A DNA stretch of 64,000 nucleotides from Polyangiaceae bacterium. Lineage in GTDB: Bacteria > Myxococcota_A > Polyangia > Polyangiales > Polyangiaceae. This document shows, piece by piece, positions 55,557 to 64,000 of the stretch; within the stretch, counting starts at the first letter, position 1, and every line of letters begins with the position of its first letter. The notes under the pieces are model-generated. The model was not told the DNA's origin, did not search any database, and saw only the letters and a list, made by a program, of their open reading frames with translations. The stretch covers positions 32,001-96,000 of the forward strand of contig JANRKO010000060.1 in NCBI GenBank assembly GCA_033763455.1, written 5' to 3'. The position numbers and the translations under genes are program-made.

Positions 55557-57854
55557 ATGAAGTGGAGAAAAAACTATTTTCCCACCGTGTTAGCCATTTC
55601 CGCGGCGTTCTCGTTGAGCGTAGTCGCGAGCGGGGCGAGTGCCGAGGGCGCTGTTAAGCGTCACGCCACGGAAGTCACTGTCCAGGAGGATGAAGCCCTG
55701 GGCGTTACAGAAGTGAGAGTTCGCTTCGACGCGCCGCCCACGTATTCTGCGCGTGTCGATCGCGGTGGGCTTCGAGTGGTTCTGGACGTGCCTGGCGCAG
55801 CGGTTCTGGGCGCCAAACCGGCCATCGTCGATCGCACCGGGCTTGTGTCTGGTGTTCTCACGCAGTCCTTCGGGGCCGGTGAGTCGGCTACCGCTCGAGT
55901 GCTAGTGACGTTAGCGCAGCCAGCGTCGCGGTTGGTGCGTGTCGAAGGTAACGATCTGGTGATGTGGTTGGCCGTTTCGCCCGAAAAGCTCGAGGTAAAG
56001 CGCGCTCCACGTGCGCCTCTTGCCCAAGCCCCTGAGGCCACCCGCGTCTTGGGTGTGAAGTTTAGCCACTTAGCCGATCAAGATCAGGTGCGCATTCAGC
56101 TATCAGGGGTGCCAAGTTATAGCTTAGAAAATGGCCAGGCTGGGCGTTCACGTTTGGTCCTGCACAACACCAGCTTGCCCGCTGAACTCCAGCAAACGCT
56201 TGATGCCTCTGCCTTCGGTGGCCAGCTAAAGGCTGTTTCCACGTATGAAGCGGCGGCTCCAGAAAAGGGCGTTACTCTGGAAGCGGAGCGTCAGGTTTCG
56301 GCTACCAGTCAGGTACGTCTTGTCGGGTCCGCGCTGGTGTGGTCGTTCTTTCGCCCAGGAGATGTGAGCTCCGCCGTTACCGGAATCGCTGCCGATGGTA
56401 AAGAAGCGCGCCGTATTCGAACGTTGCACGTGGATGCGCCGGCTTCGGATTTGATGCAGATACACTCCACCTTTAGCGGCATTGAAGGTGAATCTAGCTC
56501 ACCCGAGCAGGCCGGAAGCCTTACACCTACCGTTTTGGGGCAGGCCGATGGTGGCGCGGGGCGTCGCATCGACTTGGATTTGAAGGATGCCGATATTCAT
56601 AACGTCTTGCGGTTGCTCGCAGACGTTGGTCGCGTGAACATTGTTACGGCGGATAACGTTACCGGTTCGGTAACAATCCGGATGCGCAACGTACCGTGGA
56701 AGCAAGCGCTCGATGTCGTGCTCCAGGCGAAAGCCCTGGGCATGGTGGAGCGTGGCAACATGGTGCGAGTAGCTCCGCTCGCGGATCTTGAAAAGGAGCG
56801 CGAGATGGAGGTGGCGCGGCGTTCGCAGGAAGTGCGGCTTGCTCCACTCGAAACCCGCCTTATTCCAGTGAGTTACGCCACAGCTGATGACGTGCAGCAA
56901 AGAGTTTCGCCCCTCCTATCAGAGCGGGGAAGCGTTGCGGTAGATGGCCGAACGAACATCCTCATTGTTCGGGATCTTTCGGGCAATCTAGATCAAATTG
57001 AGCAACTTACGCGCGAGCTCGACACTCAGACACCTCAGGTGTTGGTGGAAGCGCGCATCGTGGAGGCAACCAGCCGCTACATCAAAGATGTGGGCATTCA
57101 GTGGGGTGGAGATCTCACCTTTTCTCCGGCCACAGCAAACCCAACCGGTTTGGTATTTCCCAACTCCGTTGGAATCGCAGGCGGTGCAAGCGACGGCAAT
57201 ACGCCTACAGCGGGCCTGAGCCCCTTCCAGTCTTCAGTTACCAACCCCAACTTTGCCGTTAACCTTCCGGCGGCCGTTGGTACCGGGAGCGGTGGCGCGC
57301 TCGGTCTTACCTTTGGGTCCATCGACAACACTATCAATCTTGGCTTGCGGCTTTCGGCGGCGGAGTCGAGCGGCATGCTGCGGATCCTTTCAAGCCCGCG
57401 AATATTGACTCTCGACAACAACGAGGCTCGCATTTCTCAAGGCACACTGATTCCCTTCTCGCAGGTGAGCGCCCAGGGCGTCCAAACCACCTTTCAAGAA
57501 GCGAAGCTCCAGCTGCTGGTGACCCCACACGTCACCGCTGATGGCAGCGTCAGTATGAAGGTGAAGATCAATCGCGACGAGCCAGACTTCAACCAAACCT
57601 CAGCTCGCGGTGATCCGACGGTGCTCAAGCGAGAGGCGGAGACTGAGCTGTTGGTTCCCGACGGTCACACCGCAGTGATTGGCGGTATCTACACGCGCAA
57701 TTCTGGTCGGAGCGCCGACCAGGTACCTTTCTTTGGAGACATCCCGCTGGTCGGCCTGTTGTTTCAACGCCGCCGCGCGAGCGACCAAAGGCAAGAACTG
57801 GTCATCTTCTTGACTCCACGGATTGTGAACCGCGCCCAAGCGCTCGGTCGGTAG
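55557..57854 (+). CDS. pilQ: Type IV pilus secretin PilQ (AMIN domains plus secretin)
   Basis: Signal peptide; AMIN-like repeats; RIDLDLKDADIHNVLRLL; VPWKQALD; QVLVEARIVEA; LSSPRILTLDN; VPFFGDIPLVGLLF..ELVIFLTPRIV. Confidence 0.96.
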   Translation: MKWRKNYFPTVLAISAAFSLSVVASGASAEGAVKRHATEVTVQEDEALGVTEVRVRFDAPPTYSARVDRGGLRVVLDVPGAAVLGAKPAIVDRTGLVSGVLTQSFGAGESATARVLVTLAQPASRLVRVEGNDLVMWLAVSPEKLEVKRAPRAPLAQAPEATRVLGVKFSHLADQDQVRIQLSGVPSYSLENGQAGRSRLVLHNTSLPAELQQTLDASAFGGQLKAVSTYEAAAPEKGVTLEAERQVSATSQVRLVGSALVWSFFRPGDVSSAVTGIAADGKEARRIRTLHVDAPASDLMQIHSTFSGIEGESSSPEQAGSLTPTVLGQADGGAGRRIDLDLKDADIHNVLRLLADVGRVNIVTADNVTGSVTIRMRNVPWKQALDVVLQAKALGMVERGNMVRVAPLADLEKEREMEVARRSQEVRLAPLETRLIPVSYATADDVQQRVSPLLSERGSVAVDGRTNILIVRDLSGNLDQIEQLTRELDTQTPQVLVEARIVEATSRYIKDVGIQWGGDLTFSPATANPTGLVFPNSVGIAGGASDGNTPTAGLSPFQSSVTNPNFAVNLPAAVGTGSGGALGLTFGSIDNTINLGLRLSAAESSGMLRILSSPRILTLDNNEARISQGTLIPFSQVSAQGVQTTFQEAKLQLLVTPHVTADGSVSMKVKINRDEPDFNQTSARGDPTVLKREAETELLVPDGHTAVIGGIYTRNSGRSADQVPFFGDIPLVGLLFQRRRASDQRQELVIFLTPRIVNRAQALGR

Positions 57855-57861
57855 TCGGCTT

Positions 57862-57904
57862 CTCGCCCTAAGTGGCGAGGGCCCAGGGCCATAACGCATG
57901 GCCC
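57862..57904 (+). terminator. Tandem hairpins after pilQ, possibly a terminator or 3' stabiliser
   Basis: ctcgcc-ctaagt-ggcgag (57862-57879) and gggccat-aacgc-atggccc (57886-57904); no U-tract. Confidence 0.4.
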
Positions 57905-57938
57905 GGCGCGCAAAAACGTGGCTTCTATTTCAATCCTC

Positions 57939-57968
57939 TTGCACCGCTATCGCAGCGGCGGGTATAGC
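57939..57968 (+). promoter_or_regulatory. Candidate sigma-70-type promoter for the 84-aa protein
   Basis: TTGCAC, 18 nt, TATAGC, 41 nt before GTG 58010, which has a GGAGGT SD. Confidence 0.4.
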
Positions 57969-58009
57969 CCGATGTCAGATTTACTTGCCCTGCGCAACGG
58001 AGGTCCTGA

Positions 58010-58264
58010 GTGAAGGAACTTGCAGAATATCTTCTCAGCAACTTGTACGTAGACTTCCAGGGCGACATCTCCGTTGAAACGATCCGGGAGTTTCTACGCG
58101 GGGACGACAGTCGCGAGGCTCGGGCGCTTCTGGCTAAAATCATTGAGGAAAAAGGGATTGATGACCTTTTGATCACCCTGGCAGATTGCCTCCGGGAGCA
58201 CCTTCGGAGCGGTATCAGCCCGGAGACCGTGCGGGATCAGCTGAACGTCTACACCGATAGCTGA
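58010..58264 (+). CDS. Small acidic helical hypothetical protein (84 aa)
   Basis: Strong SD (GGAGGT); protein-like composition; internal repeat ISVETIREFL / ISPETVRDQL. Confidence 0.75.
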   Translation: MKELAEYLLSNLYVDFQGDISVETIREFLRGDDSREARALLAKIIEEKGIDDLLITLADCLREHLRSGISPETVRDQLNVYTDS

Positions 58265-58516
58265 GCAGCTTCGGCAGCCTGCCGGCAAGGTTTATCCGTC
58301 TCCACCGGAATTTGTTGTACTTTTCGGGGCTTCGGCGACCCACATTGGTCACGCGTGGGGCACTGTGATCGTGTGGCTCTCAGGACGTTGGCAGCCCGAA
58401 GCAGCTAAGCACCACAGATTCGTGGTTGAGTGCAGCTGGGCGGCCAGCTGCCAACATTGTTGACGAATCTCTCCGGATTCTCGGGTAGCATAGGTTGTGC
58501 TGTTTCGGAGGGATGA

Positions 58517-61500
58517 ATGTCAACTTTGTTGACGGTAGCGGGCCGGACGCTCCGGGTCCTCGAGCACGTAGGGCAGGGCGCCACCAGCATTGTGTTTCGC
58601 GCGGCCGATGTTGCCACGGGTGCAGCGCTGGTGCTGAAGGTCGCTCGGAACGCGCGAGATACTGGAGCGTTCCTCAACGAAGCTGAGCGTCACGCCCGTG
58701 TCCGCTGTCCTGAACTCGTGCCGCTCGTGGGAGTGGGGCGGATTGAAGGAGTGTCTGCCGAAGGGCCGACGACCGTGTCGGTACTGCCTGGGGGGCCAGC
58801 GCTGTTGTTTCCCTGGATCGAAGGTGAAGACCTCACGCTCAGCTTCCGACCTGAGTCGAAGTATTCGTCCGTGTTAGGTCCCGAAGGGGCCCTCTTGGTG
58901 GCGTGGGAGCTTGGGCGGGCGCTCGACGAGTTGCACGAGATGGGGCAATCGCACGGGGATCTCAAGCCGAGCAATGTGATGTTAACCGGGAACGCCTTCG
59001 TACCGGATACGCTCTCTGTGCAGCTCATCGACCTTGGCCTAGGTGTTGATGCGACGGAACGTGTGCCGCGCGGTGGAACTCCGCGATACCTGGATCCAGA
59101 TCTGCTGAGTGGTAGACACTCGGGTGAGGCGCGCGCGCGCGATCTTTTTGCATTGGGGCTGTTGTTGGCGGAGATATCGGAACCAGCGCTTGCTGCTAGC
59201 CAGGATCTGCAGCAATCCCTGCGCCTAACTTCGCTAGACTCTCGGGTGCAGACGCTGGTGGGCCCCCTCGTCCGCAGCAGTCCAAGCGCGCGGCCGTCGG
59301 CTCGCTGGGTGTGGCAGCGCGCGGGGCAGATGTTGGGGCGGGCACAATCGGTTGAGTCGATTCGCGCTTGGCGCCGCCGTCGGGCTCGCGCCGCGTATTT
59401 GAAGGCTCGCGCGAGTGATCTCTCGGTGGTCTGGGGCACCCGCCCGGAGCTTCAAGTCTCAACTTTGGAAACGGAATGGCTGGCTGATTTCCTGAGCATC
59501 AGTGCACAGGTTGGCTCGTTTTCAGAAACCCCTAGAGGCGCGCAACTGAAGCTCCATGAGTTGAACGGTACTGGGCTAACGGCATTTTTGGTGCACTTGA
59601 TCGGACCTGTCGCAAGCGATTGGCCGGTTGGGCTCTTAGGGCCGGTACCGGCGGCACTAGAACGGGTGAGAGCTTTGCTGGATGAGTACGAGCCCGCTCA
59701 GCTCACGTTCGCGATGCTCCAGCCGAACCGCGTTCTGTCTAGCGTGACGCCGCCTGCTTCCTTTCCTACGGCAGAGGGGCTGGGCAAGGCTGAGGAGCGG
59801 TTGGTGTCCATGACGCTGGAGCTATCTGATCCCGGTAAAGCGTGGGCAGCGCTCACCTTGGCTGAACTTACGATCGCGGCAGGCCAGGCCCCACCGGCGC
59901 TCGTGGCGCTCACCGCGACGAGGTTGCGCCAAGTAGGTCAGTTGGGTCGAGCGTTGGTTCTCACCGAGGAGTCGAGGGTCATACGCGATCAGGTGTTTGC
60001 TGCGGAAACCTACCGCCGAGCGCGAGATCCGAAAAAAGCGGAGGCAATAGCTGATAGGATTCGAGGTTCAGGGGTGGCCCTCTCTGTCGATGAATTAGCC
60101 CAGTTGAGCGCCACGAGCGCGCGTATTTTGCTGGATCGCGGGGAGCTTGAAGCGGCATTTTTGTTGATAGATTCGGCCCCGCCGCTGTCGGTGGTGTGGG
60201 AAACCCGAGCGCAAATTGAGGTGGCGCGTGGGCACGTCTCGGAGGCTCTCGCCTGTGCCGAACGGGCTAAAGCATCTGCGCGCAGCGATGAAGAGCTCGC
60301 ACGTGCTGAGGCGGTGCTCGGGTTTGCCGCTCACCAGGCTGGCAACTCAGATCTTGAACTTCTGGCGTATCAACGAGCGTCCGAGTACGCAGCTCGTGCT
60401 GGCGCTGTGATCGAAGAGGCGCACTACTTGACGGGTGTGGCTGCCGCGAGCGTTCAGGTGGGTGCGTACGAGCACGCACAGAAGAGTGCCAGGCGTGCGC
60501 GCTTGTTGTTTGATTGGAGTGAACGGGGAGCGCAAGCTGCACGAGCCGCTCAGGCTGAGGCGGCGGTGTTCGCAGCGCTTGGGGCACGTGAAGAGGCGGA
60601 AGATTGCGCACGCGAAGCTGAACAGCGTGCCAAGCTCGCGGGGGATGTGCTGTGTCGCGCCTACGTGCACTTGACTCTAAGTGATGTACACGCTTCGGGC
60701 CGGCGTGGTCGCGAGCACGCTGAGCGTGCCCAGCAGCTTTTCGGTGAAAAATCGAGTCCGGCTGATAGCGTGCGAGTTGCAGCACGTTTACTACGCCACG
60801 GGGCCCCCGTGGCTATCAGCAGTGTAGATTCGCTGGCGTTGAATTGTGGAGCTGTAGATGCTTTGTTTGAATGGTGGGGTGCCCGCGCACAGGATTGCGC
60901 GAAGCGGCGTGACGTGCCGGTGGGAGCCTTGGTTGTTACCGAGCTGCTTGGCTTGTCGGCCAAGCGCGCACCGGCAGCTGTGCGCGGACCGTCGCTTGTC
61001 GCGGGCGCGCATCTCGCTTCTGAACTCGGAGATGGGGATGCCGCACGGCGACTGTTTGCCGGAGCGAACGAGGCGGCGCGGCAAGTGCTTGCGGCTGCGC
61101 CTGAATCCCTTCGAGCACGCATAGAGGCGCTTGACTGGATCCAACGGTGCCAAACCGTTGGCGAGCGGGCGCTTTTGCCTGAGCAACTTTCGGATGTGGA
61201 GGGCCTTATCCGGGCGCTCGGAGGTCGCGAGAACCGGCGCCTCTTGTTCGAGCGAATTCTAGACATGTTAGTGTTGTGGACAGGCGTAGAGCGGGCGCTC
61301 TTGCTCTTACCAGCGCCCAACGGAAAGCTCATGGTTCGCGCGGCGCGAAACCTGGCCCGCCACGATTTGGAGGGGGCACAGCTCGAATTGAGCCGTTCTT
61401 TGGCGCAGAGGGCGCTCGACGAAGGGGCACCGGTGGTGGCGGTGGATGCTCAGTTCGATTTGCCAGAAGTGCATGCGAGCGTTCACGCGCTCAAGTTGAG

Positions 61501-62737
61501 AAGCGTATTGGCTGTGCCACTCGTTGCACACGGTCAGAAGTTGGGTGTTGTGTACCTAGACGATCGGATTAAGCGGGGTGCGTTTGGTCCTCAAGAGTTA
61601 GGCTGGGTGCGGGTTATTGCAAGCCTCGCGGCGATAGCGCTGGGCGATATGCGCGCGGAGCTCTTGTTGCGGCGTTCACTCCGGCGCGCGTCACGTGCTG
61701 AAGCGCGTGTGCGTTCTGAGTTAGGTCGGCGTGAAGCGGAGTTGGAGGTCGCTCAACGTGAGTTGGCACAGGCACACAACGGACGTAACACGCGCTATGC
61801 GTATGACGCGATAGTGGGGGAAAGCGAACCCATCGTGCGGCTTCTCAGTTTGATTGACCGAGTTGCAGGTTCGGACATTCCTGTGCTTGTGTTGGGTGAA
61901 TCCGGAACCGGTAAGGAACTGGTAGCGCGCGCCCTTCATTCGAATAGCCCGAGAGCGAGCGGCCCCTACGTGTCCGAGAACTGCTCGGCCATCCCGGAAA
62001 CTTTGCTGGAATCAGCCCTATTTGGCCATGTTCGGGGTGCTTTTACGGGCGCCAGCCACACACGCGCGGGCCTATTCGATGCGGCGGATGGAGGCACGCT
62101 CTTTCTTGATGAAGTTGCCGAAATGAGCCTTGGGATGCAGACCAAGTTGCTGCGAGTGTTGGAAGATGGCCTGGTAAAACCGGTGGGTTCCGAGCGAACA
62201 CGTAAGGTGAACGTGCGAGTGCTTGCGGCCACCCATCGCGATCTCGAAGCTCGCGTTGAATCCGGAGCCTTTCGAAAGGATCTTTACTATCGCTTGAATG
62301 TGGTGACGCTAAAGGTCCCCGCGTTGCGGGAGCGTCCGGGCGATGTTGCGCTACTGATTAAGCATTTTATCGCGCAGTATTCTCCTGAAAAGCATCGCCG
62401 CCTATCGCGCGGCGCCGAAGGAGCTCTGCTCGCTTACCCGTGGCCCGGCAATGTGCGCCAGCTACAGAATGAGATCCGCCGTGCGCTGCTCATGGCCGAT
62501 GATACTATCGAGCTCTCGCACCTCAGCCCACAGATTATCGGCACCGCGCCAAGCGACGTCGCCGGTGCTGATTCCGTAAACTTGAAGGTACGCGTGGACG
62601 CGATGGAGCGACAACTCGTGACGTTGGCGCTCGAACGCACGGGCGGAAACCAGACGCGGGCCGCGGAGATGCTCGGCGTATCGCGCTTTGGCCTCCAAAA
62701 AATGCTGAAAAGGCTCGAAATTGAAGCCAAAAATTGA
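58517..62737 (+). CDS. Ser/Thr kinase-like - helical/TPR - GAF - sigma-54 AAA+ - Fis-HTH enhancer-binding protein
   Basis: Kinase [53 protein letters not shown]; Walker A GESGTGKE, GAFTGA, LFLDE, RKDLYYRL, WPGNVRQL; HTH NQTRAAEMLGVSR. Confidence 0.93.
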   Translation: MSTLLTVAGRTLRVLEHVGQGATSIVFRAADVATGAALVLKVARNARDTGAFLNEAERHARVRCPELVPLVGVGRIEGVSAEGPTTVSVLPGGPALLFPWIEGEDLTLSFRPESKYSSVLGPEGALLVAWELGRALDELHEMGQSHGDLKPSNVMLTGNAFVPDTLSVQLIDLGLGVDATERVPRGGTPRYLDPDLLSGRHSGEARARDLFALGLLLAEISEPALAASQDLQQSLRLTSLDSRVQTLVGPLVRSSPSARPSARWVWQRAGQMLGRAQSVESIRAWRRRRARAAYLKARASDLSVVWGTRPELQVSTLETEWLADFLSISAQVGSFSETPRGAQLKLHELNGTGLTAFLVHLIGPVASDWPVGLLGPVPAALERVRALLDEYEPAQLTFAMLQPNRVLSSVTPPASFPTAEGLGKAEERLVSMTLELSDPGKAWAALTLAELTIAAGQAPPALVALTATRLRQVGQLGRALVLTEESRVIRDQVFAAETYRRARDPKKAEAIADRIRGSGVALSVDELAQLSATSARILLDRGELEAAFLLIDSAPPLSVVWETRAQIEVARGHVSEALACAERAKASARSDEELARAEAVLGFAAHQAGNSDLELLAYQRASEYAARAGAVIEEAHYLTGVAAASVQVGAYEHAQKSARRARLLFDWSERGAQAARAAQAEAAVFAALGAREEAEDCAREAEQRAKLAGDVLCRAYVHLTLSDVHASGRRGREHAERAQQLFGEKSSPADSVRVAARLLRHGAPVAISSVDSLALNCGAVDALFEWWGARAQDCAKRRDVPVGALVVTELLGLSAKRAPAAVRGPSLVAGAHLASELGDGDAARRLFAGANEAARQVLAAAPESLRARIEALDWIQRCQTVGERALLPEQLSDVEGLIRALGGRENRRLLFERILDMLVLWTGVERALLLLPAPNGKLMVRAARNLARHDLEGAQLELSRSLAQRALDEGAPVVAVDAQFDLPEVHASVHALKLRSVLAVPLVAHGQKLGVVYLDDRIKRGAFGPQELGWVRVIASLAAIALGDMRAELLLRRSLRRASRAEARVRSELGRREAELEVAQRELAQAHNGRNTRYAYDAIVGESEPIVRLLSLIDRVAGSDIPVLVLGESGTGKELVARALHSNSPRASGPYVSENCSAIPETLLESALFGHVRGAFTGASHTRAGLFDAADGGTLFLDEVAEMSLGMQTKLLRVLEDGLVKPVGSERTRKVNVRVLAATHRDLEARVESGAFRKDLYYRLNVVTLKVPALRERPGDVALLIKHFIAQYSPEKHRRLSRGAEGALLAYPWPGNVRQLQNEIRRALLMADDTIELSHLSPQIIGTAPSDVAGADSVNLKVRVDAMERQLVTLALERTGGNQTRAAEMLGVSRFGLQKMLKRLEIEAKN

Positions 62738-62814
62738 TGCCAACGTGTGGAGCCCGATGGGGCGAGAGTGGCTTTTGCGAGTGAGGTGCTTAGGATGTGC
62801 ACCGTGTTGTCAGC

Positions 62815-63429
62815 TCAAGCGTGCAAAATTTGGCTGATAGCTTCACGCTCGGCGGAATCTAAATTGGGCGTGAAACGCACAATGCGTTCCAGGATCTCTT
62901 GCGCTAAGGATTCGGTGCTCGCAAGGGAACTGTTGGCAGGTGTGGGCAAGGCTTCCGTAGTGGACGAACCTTCAGGCTGCTCCTCTGCCTGTCGCGCAAA
63001 ATACGCGAAGGCGCAACTCAAGTGGATAAAACCAATTGGCTGAAAGCGCGATTCTTCGAGGAGCTGCAGGGCAATACGCAGGCTGCCTTTCTCCATCAGC
63101 TCCTTGCAGTGCCGGCAGCGTGCACGCCCACTGGGGTCACGCTCCCCGCGACAGATGCGCGCGAGCCGTGGAAACTGAACGCCCGCCTCTGCAAGCCGTT
63201 CTAAGGTGGCCCGCTCTGGTAGTTCGCCCTCGTGCACCTTCAGCAACTGTGAGAACTTCTCGGGGCGCATGCAGGCCGCGCAGACAGGGTGAAACCACAG
63301 ACGTGATTCGCCCTCACCATATGCATTGGGCACGGCTTCGCCAAAGCGTAGCGAGCCCTTTTCGATCACCGTGCCGCAGCCGCGGCACTTCGCCCTCCCG
63401 CTCGGGGCGGCTTCAACAATGTCAGGCAT
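62815..63429 (-). CDS. Protein with two PARP-type zinc fingers
   Basis: From ATG 63429: [10 protein letters not shown]15RGC18-x28-H47PVC50 and [10 protein letters not shown]105RHC108-x27-H136LSC139, each containing (I/M)EKGSLR. The start overlaps the upstream ABC ATPase stop (ATGCCTGA). Confidence 0.88.
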   Translation of the reverse strand: MPDIVEAAPSGRAKCRGCGTVIEKGSLRFGEAVPNAYGEGESRLWFHPVCAACMRPEKFSQLLKVHEGELPERATLERLAEAGVQFPRLARICRGERDPSGRARCRHCKELMEKGSLRIALQLLEESRFQPIGFIHLSCAFAYFARQAEEQPEGSSTTEALPTPANSSLASTESLAQEILERIVRFTPNLDSAEREAISQILHA

Positions 63430-64000
63430 CTTTGGGTGCTTCGTTGAGAAAACAGCGGCTTTCGCCGGAAGAAACTGGGTAAAGCTGTGGCATTTCCTGT
63501 GAGCAACGAGCGAACGCTTTGGGGCAACGAGTGTGAAAGCGGCACCCGGAAGGCGGGTGCGCAGGGGAGGGGACATCTCCCAGTAGGCGTATTCTCTTCT
63601 TATGACCGAGTGGATCCCTACTCGGCACAGCTGCCAGTAGCGACTCGGTGTAGGGGTGGGTTGAGTGATCAAGGACATCGCCGGCGGAACCGGTTTCGAC
63701 GATTTGCCCGAGGTACATCACTGCAATGCGATCAGCCATGTAGCGCACCACGCCGAGATCGTGGGTAATGAACAGATAGGTGAGGCCAAATTCTCTCTGC
63801 AGATCTTTCAGCAGATTCAGGATCTGTGCCTGTACCGAAACATCCAGCGCCGACACCGCTTCGTCGCAGACGATGAGCCGTGGGCGCACCGCCAGCGCTC
63901 GCGCGATACACACGCGCTGCCGCTGACCGCCCGATAGTTCATGCGGGTAGCGGTTGCGCATGCTTGGAGCAAGCCCCACTTGAGCCATGAGATCACATAC
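63422..64000 (-). CDS. Oligopeptide/dipeptide ABC transporter ATP-binding subunit (OppF/DppF-like); 5' end lies outside the window
   Basis: [12 protein letters not shown] signature, Walker [39 protein letters not shown] (oligo-HPY C-terminus). Confidence 0.95.
   Translation of the reverse strand, partial: VCDLMAQVGLAPSMRNRYPHELSGGQRQRVCIARALAVRPRLIVCDEAVSALDVSVQAQILNLLKDLQREFGLTYLFITHDLGVVRYMADRIAVMYLGQIVETGSAGDVLDHSTHPYTESLLAAVPSRDPLGHKKRIRLLGDVPSPAHPPSGCRFHTRCPKAFARCSQEMPQLYPVSSGESRCFLNEAPKDA

Noticed and set aside
58046..58084. EF-hand in the 84-aa protein (DFQGDISVET)
   Set aside because: Positions 1 and 12 of the loop are not acidic.
63430..63678. N-terminal 83 aa of the 62815..63678 ORF
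   Set aside because: It overlaps the ABC ATPase in another frame; the zinc-finger protein starts at ATG 63429.

Overview
GC-rich, gene-dense bacterial chromosomal window. The gene content points to a myxobacterium, probably Polyangiaceae-like (inference from DUF1552/DUF1592 pairs, Cys-rich lipoproteins, kinase-ATPase-TPR and kinase-GAF-sigma54 fusions, and pilMNOPQ). The housekeeping backbone includes gcvPB, ccsA-like/hemA/hemC, pssA, astB, glyA, hemL, yacG, hslO, typA, cdsA, pilMNOPQ and a peptide ABC ATPase. Accessory regions are: (i) a ~12.7 kb co-directional minus-strand run with two DUF1592 heme-c lipoprotein + Tat-exported DUF1552 pairs, an Asp-box propeller lipoprotein, an IPT/DNRLRE-like lipoprotein, a Cip1-like remnant and an LtaS-like enzyme missing from the ORF track; (ii) a tandemly duplicated cassette encoding exported Cys-scaffold/diiron ferritin-like fusions, each with a sigma-54 promoter exactly 13 nt before its ATG, shared upstream TGTGCC repeats, and a decayed copy of the divergent PH-domain gene between them; (iii) an AbiEii/MenT-like nucleotidyltransferase TA pair and an orphan Dam-like methyltransferase; (iv) a sigma-54-driven FliA/WhiG-like sigma factor lacking region 3, divergent from pilMNOPQ and close to a kinase-GAF-bEBP; (v) a protein with two PARP-type zinc fingers. 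Many genes look leaderless. No rRNA, tRNA, CRISPR array or intact mobile element was seen. All family assignments come from motif recognition by eye, not database searches.
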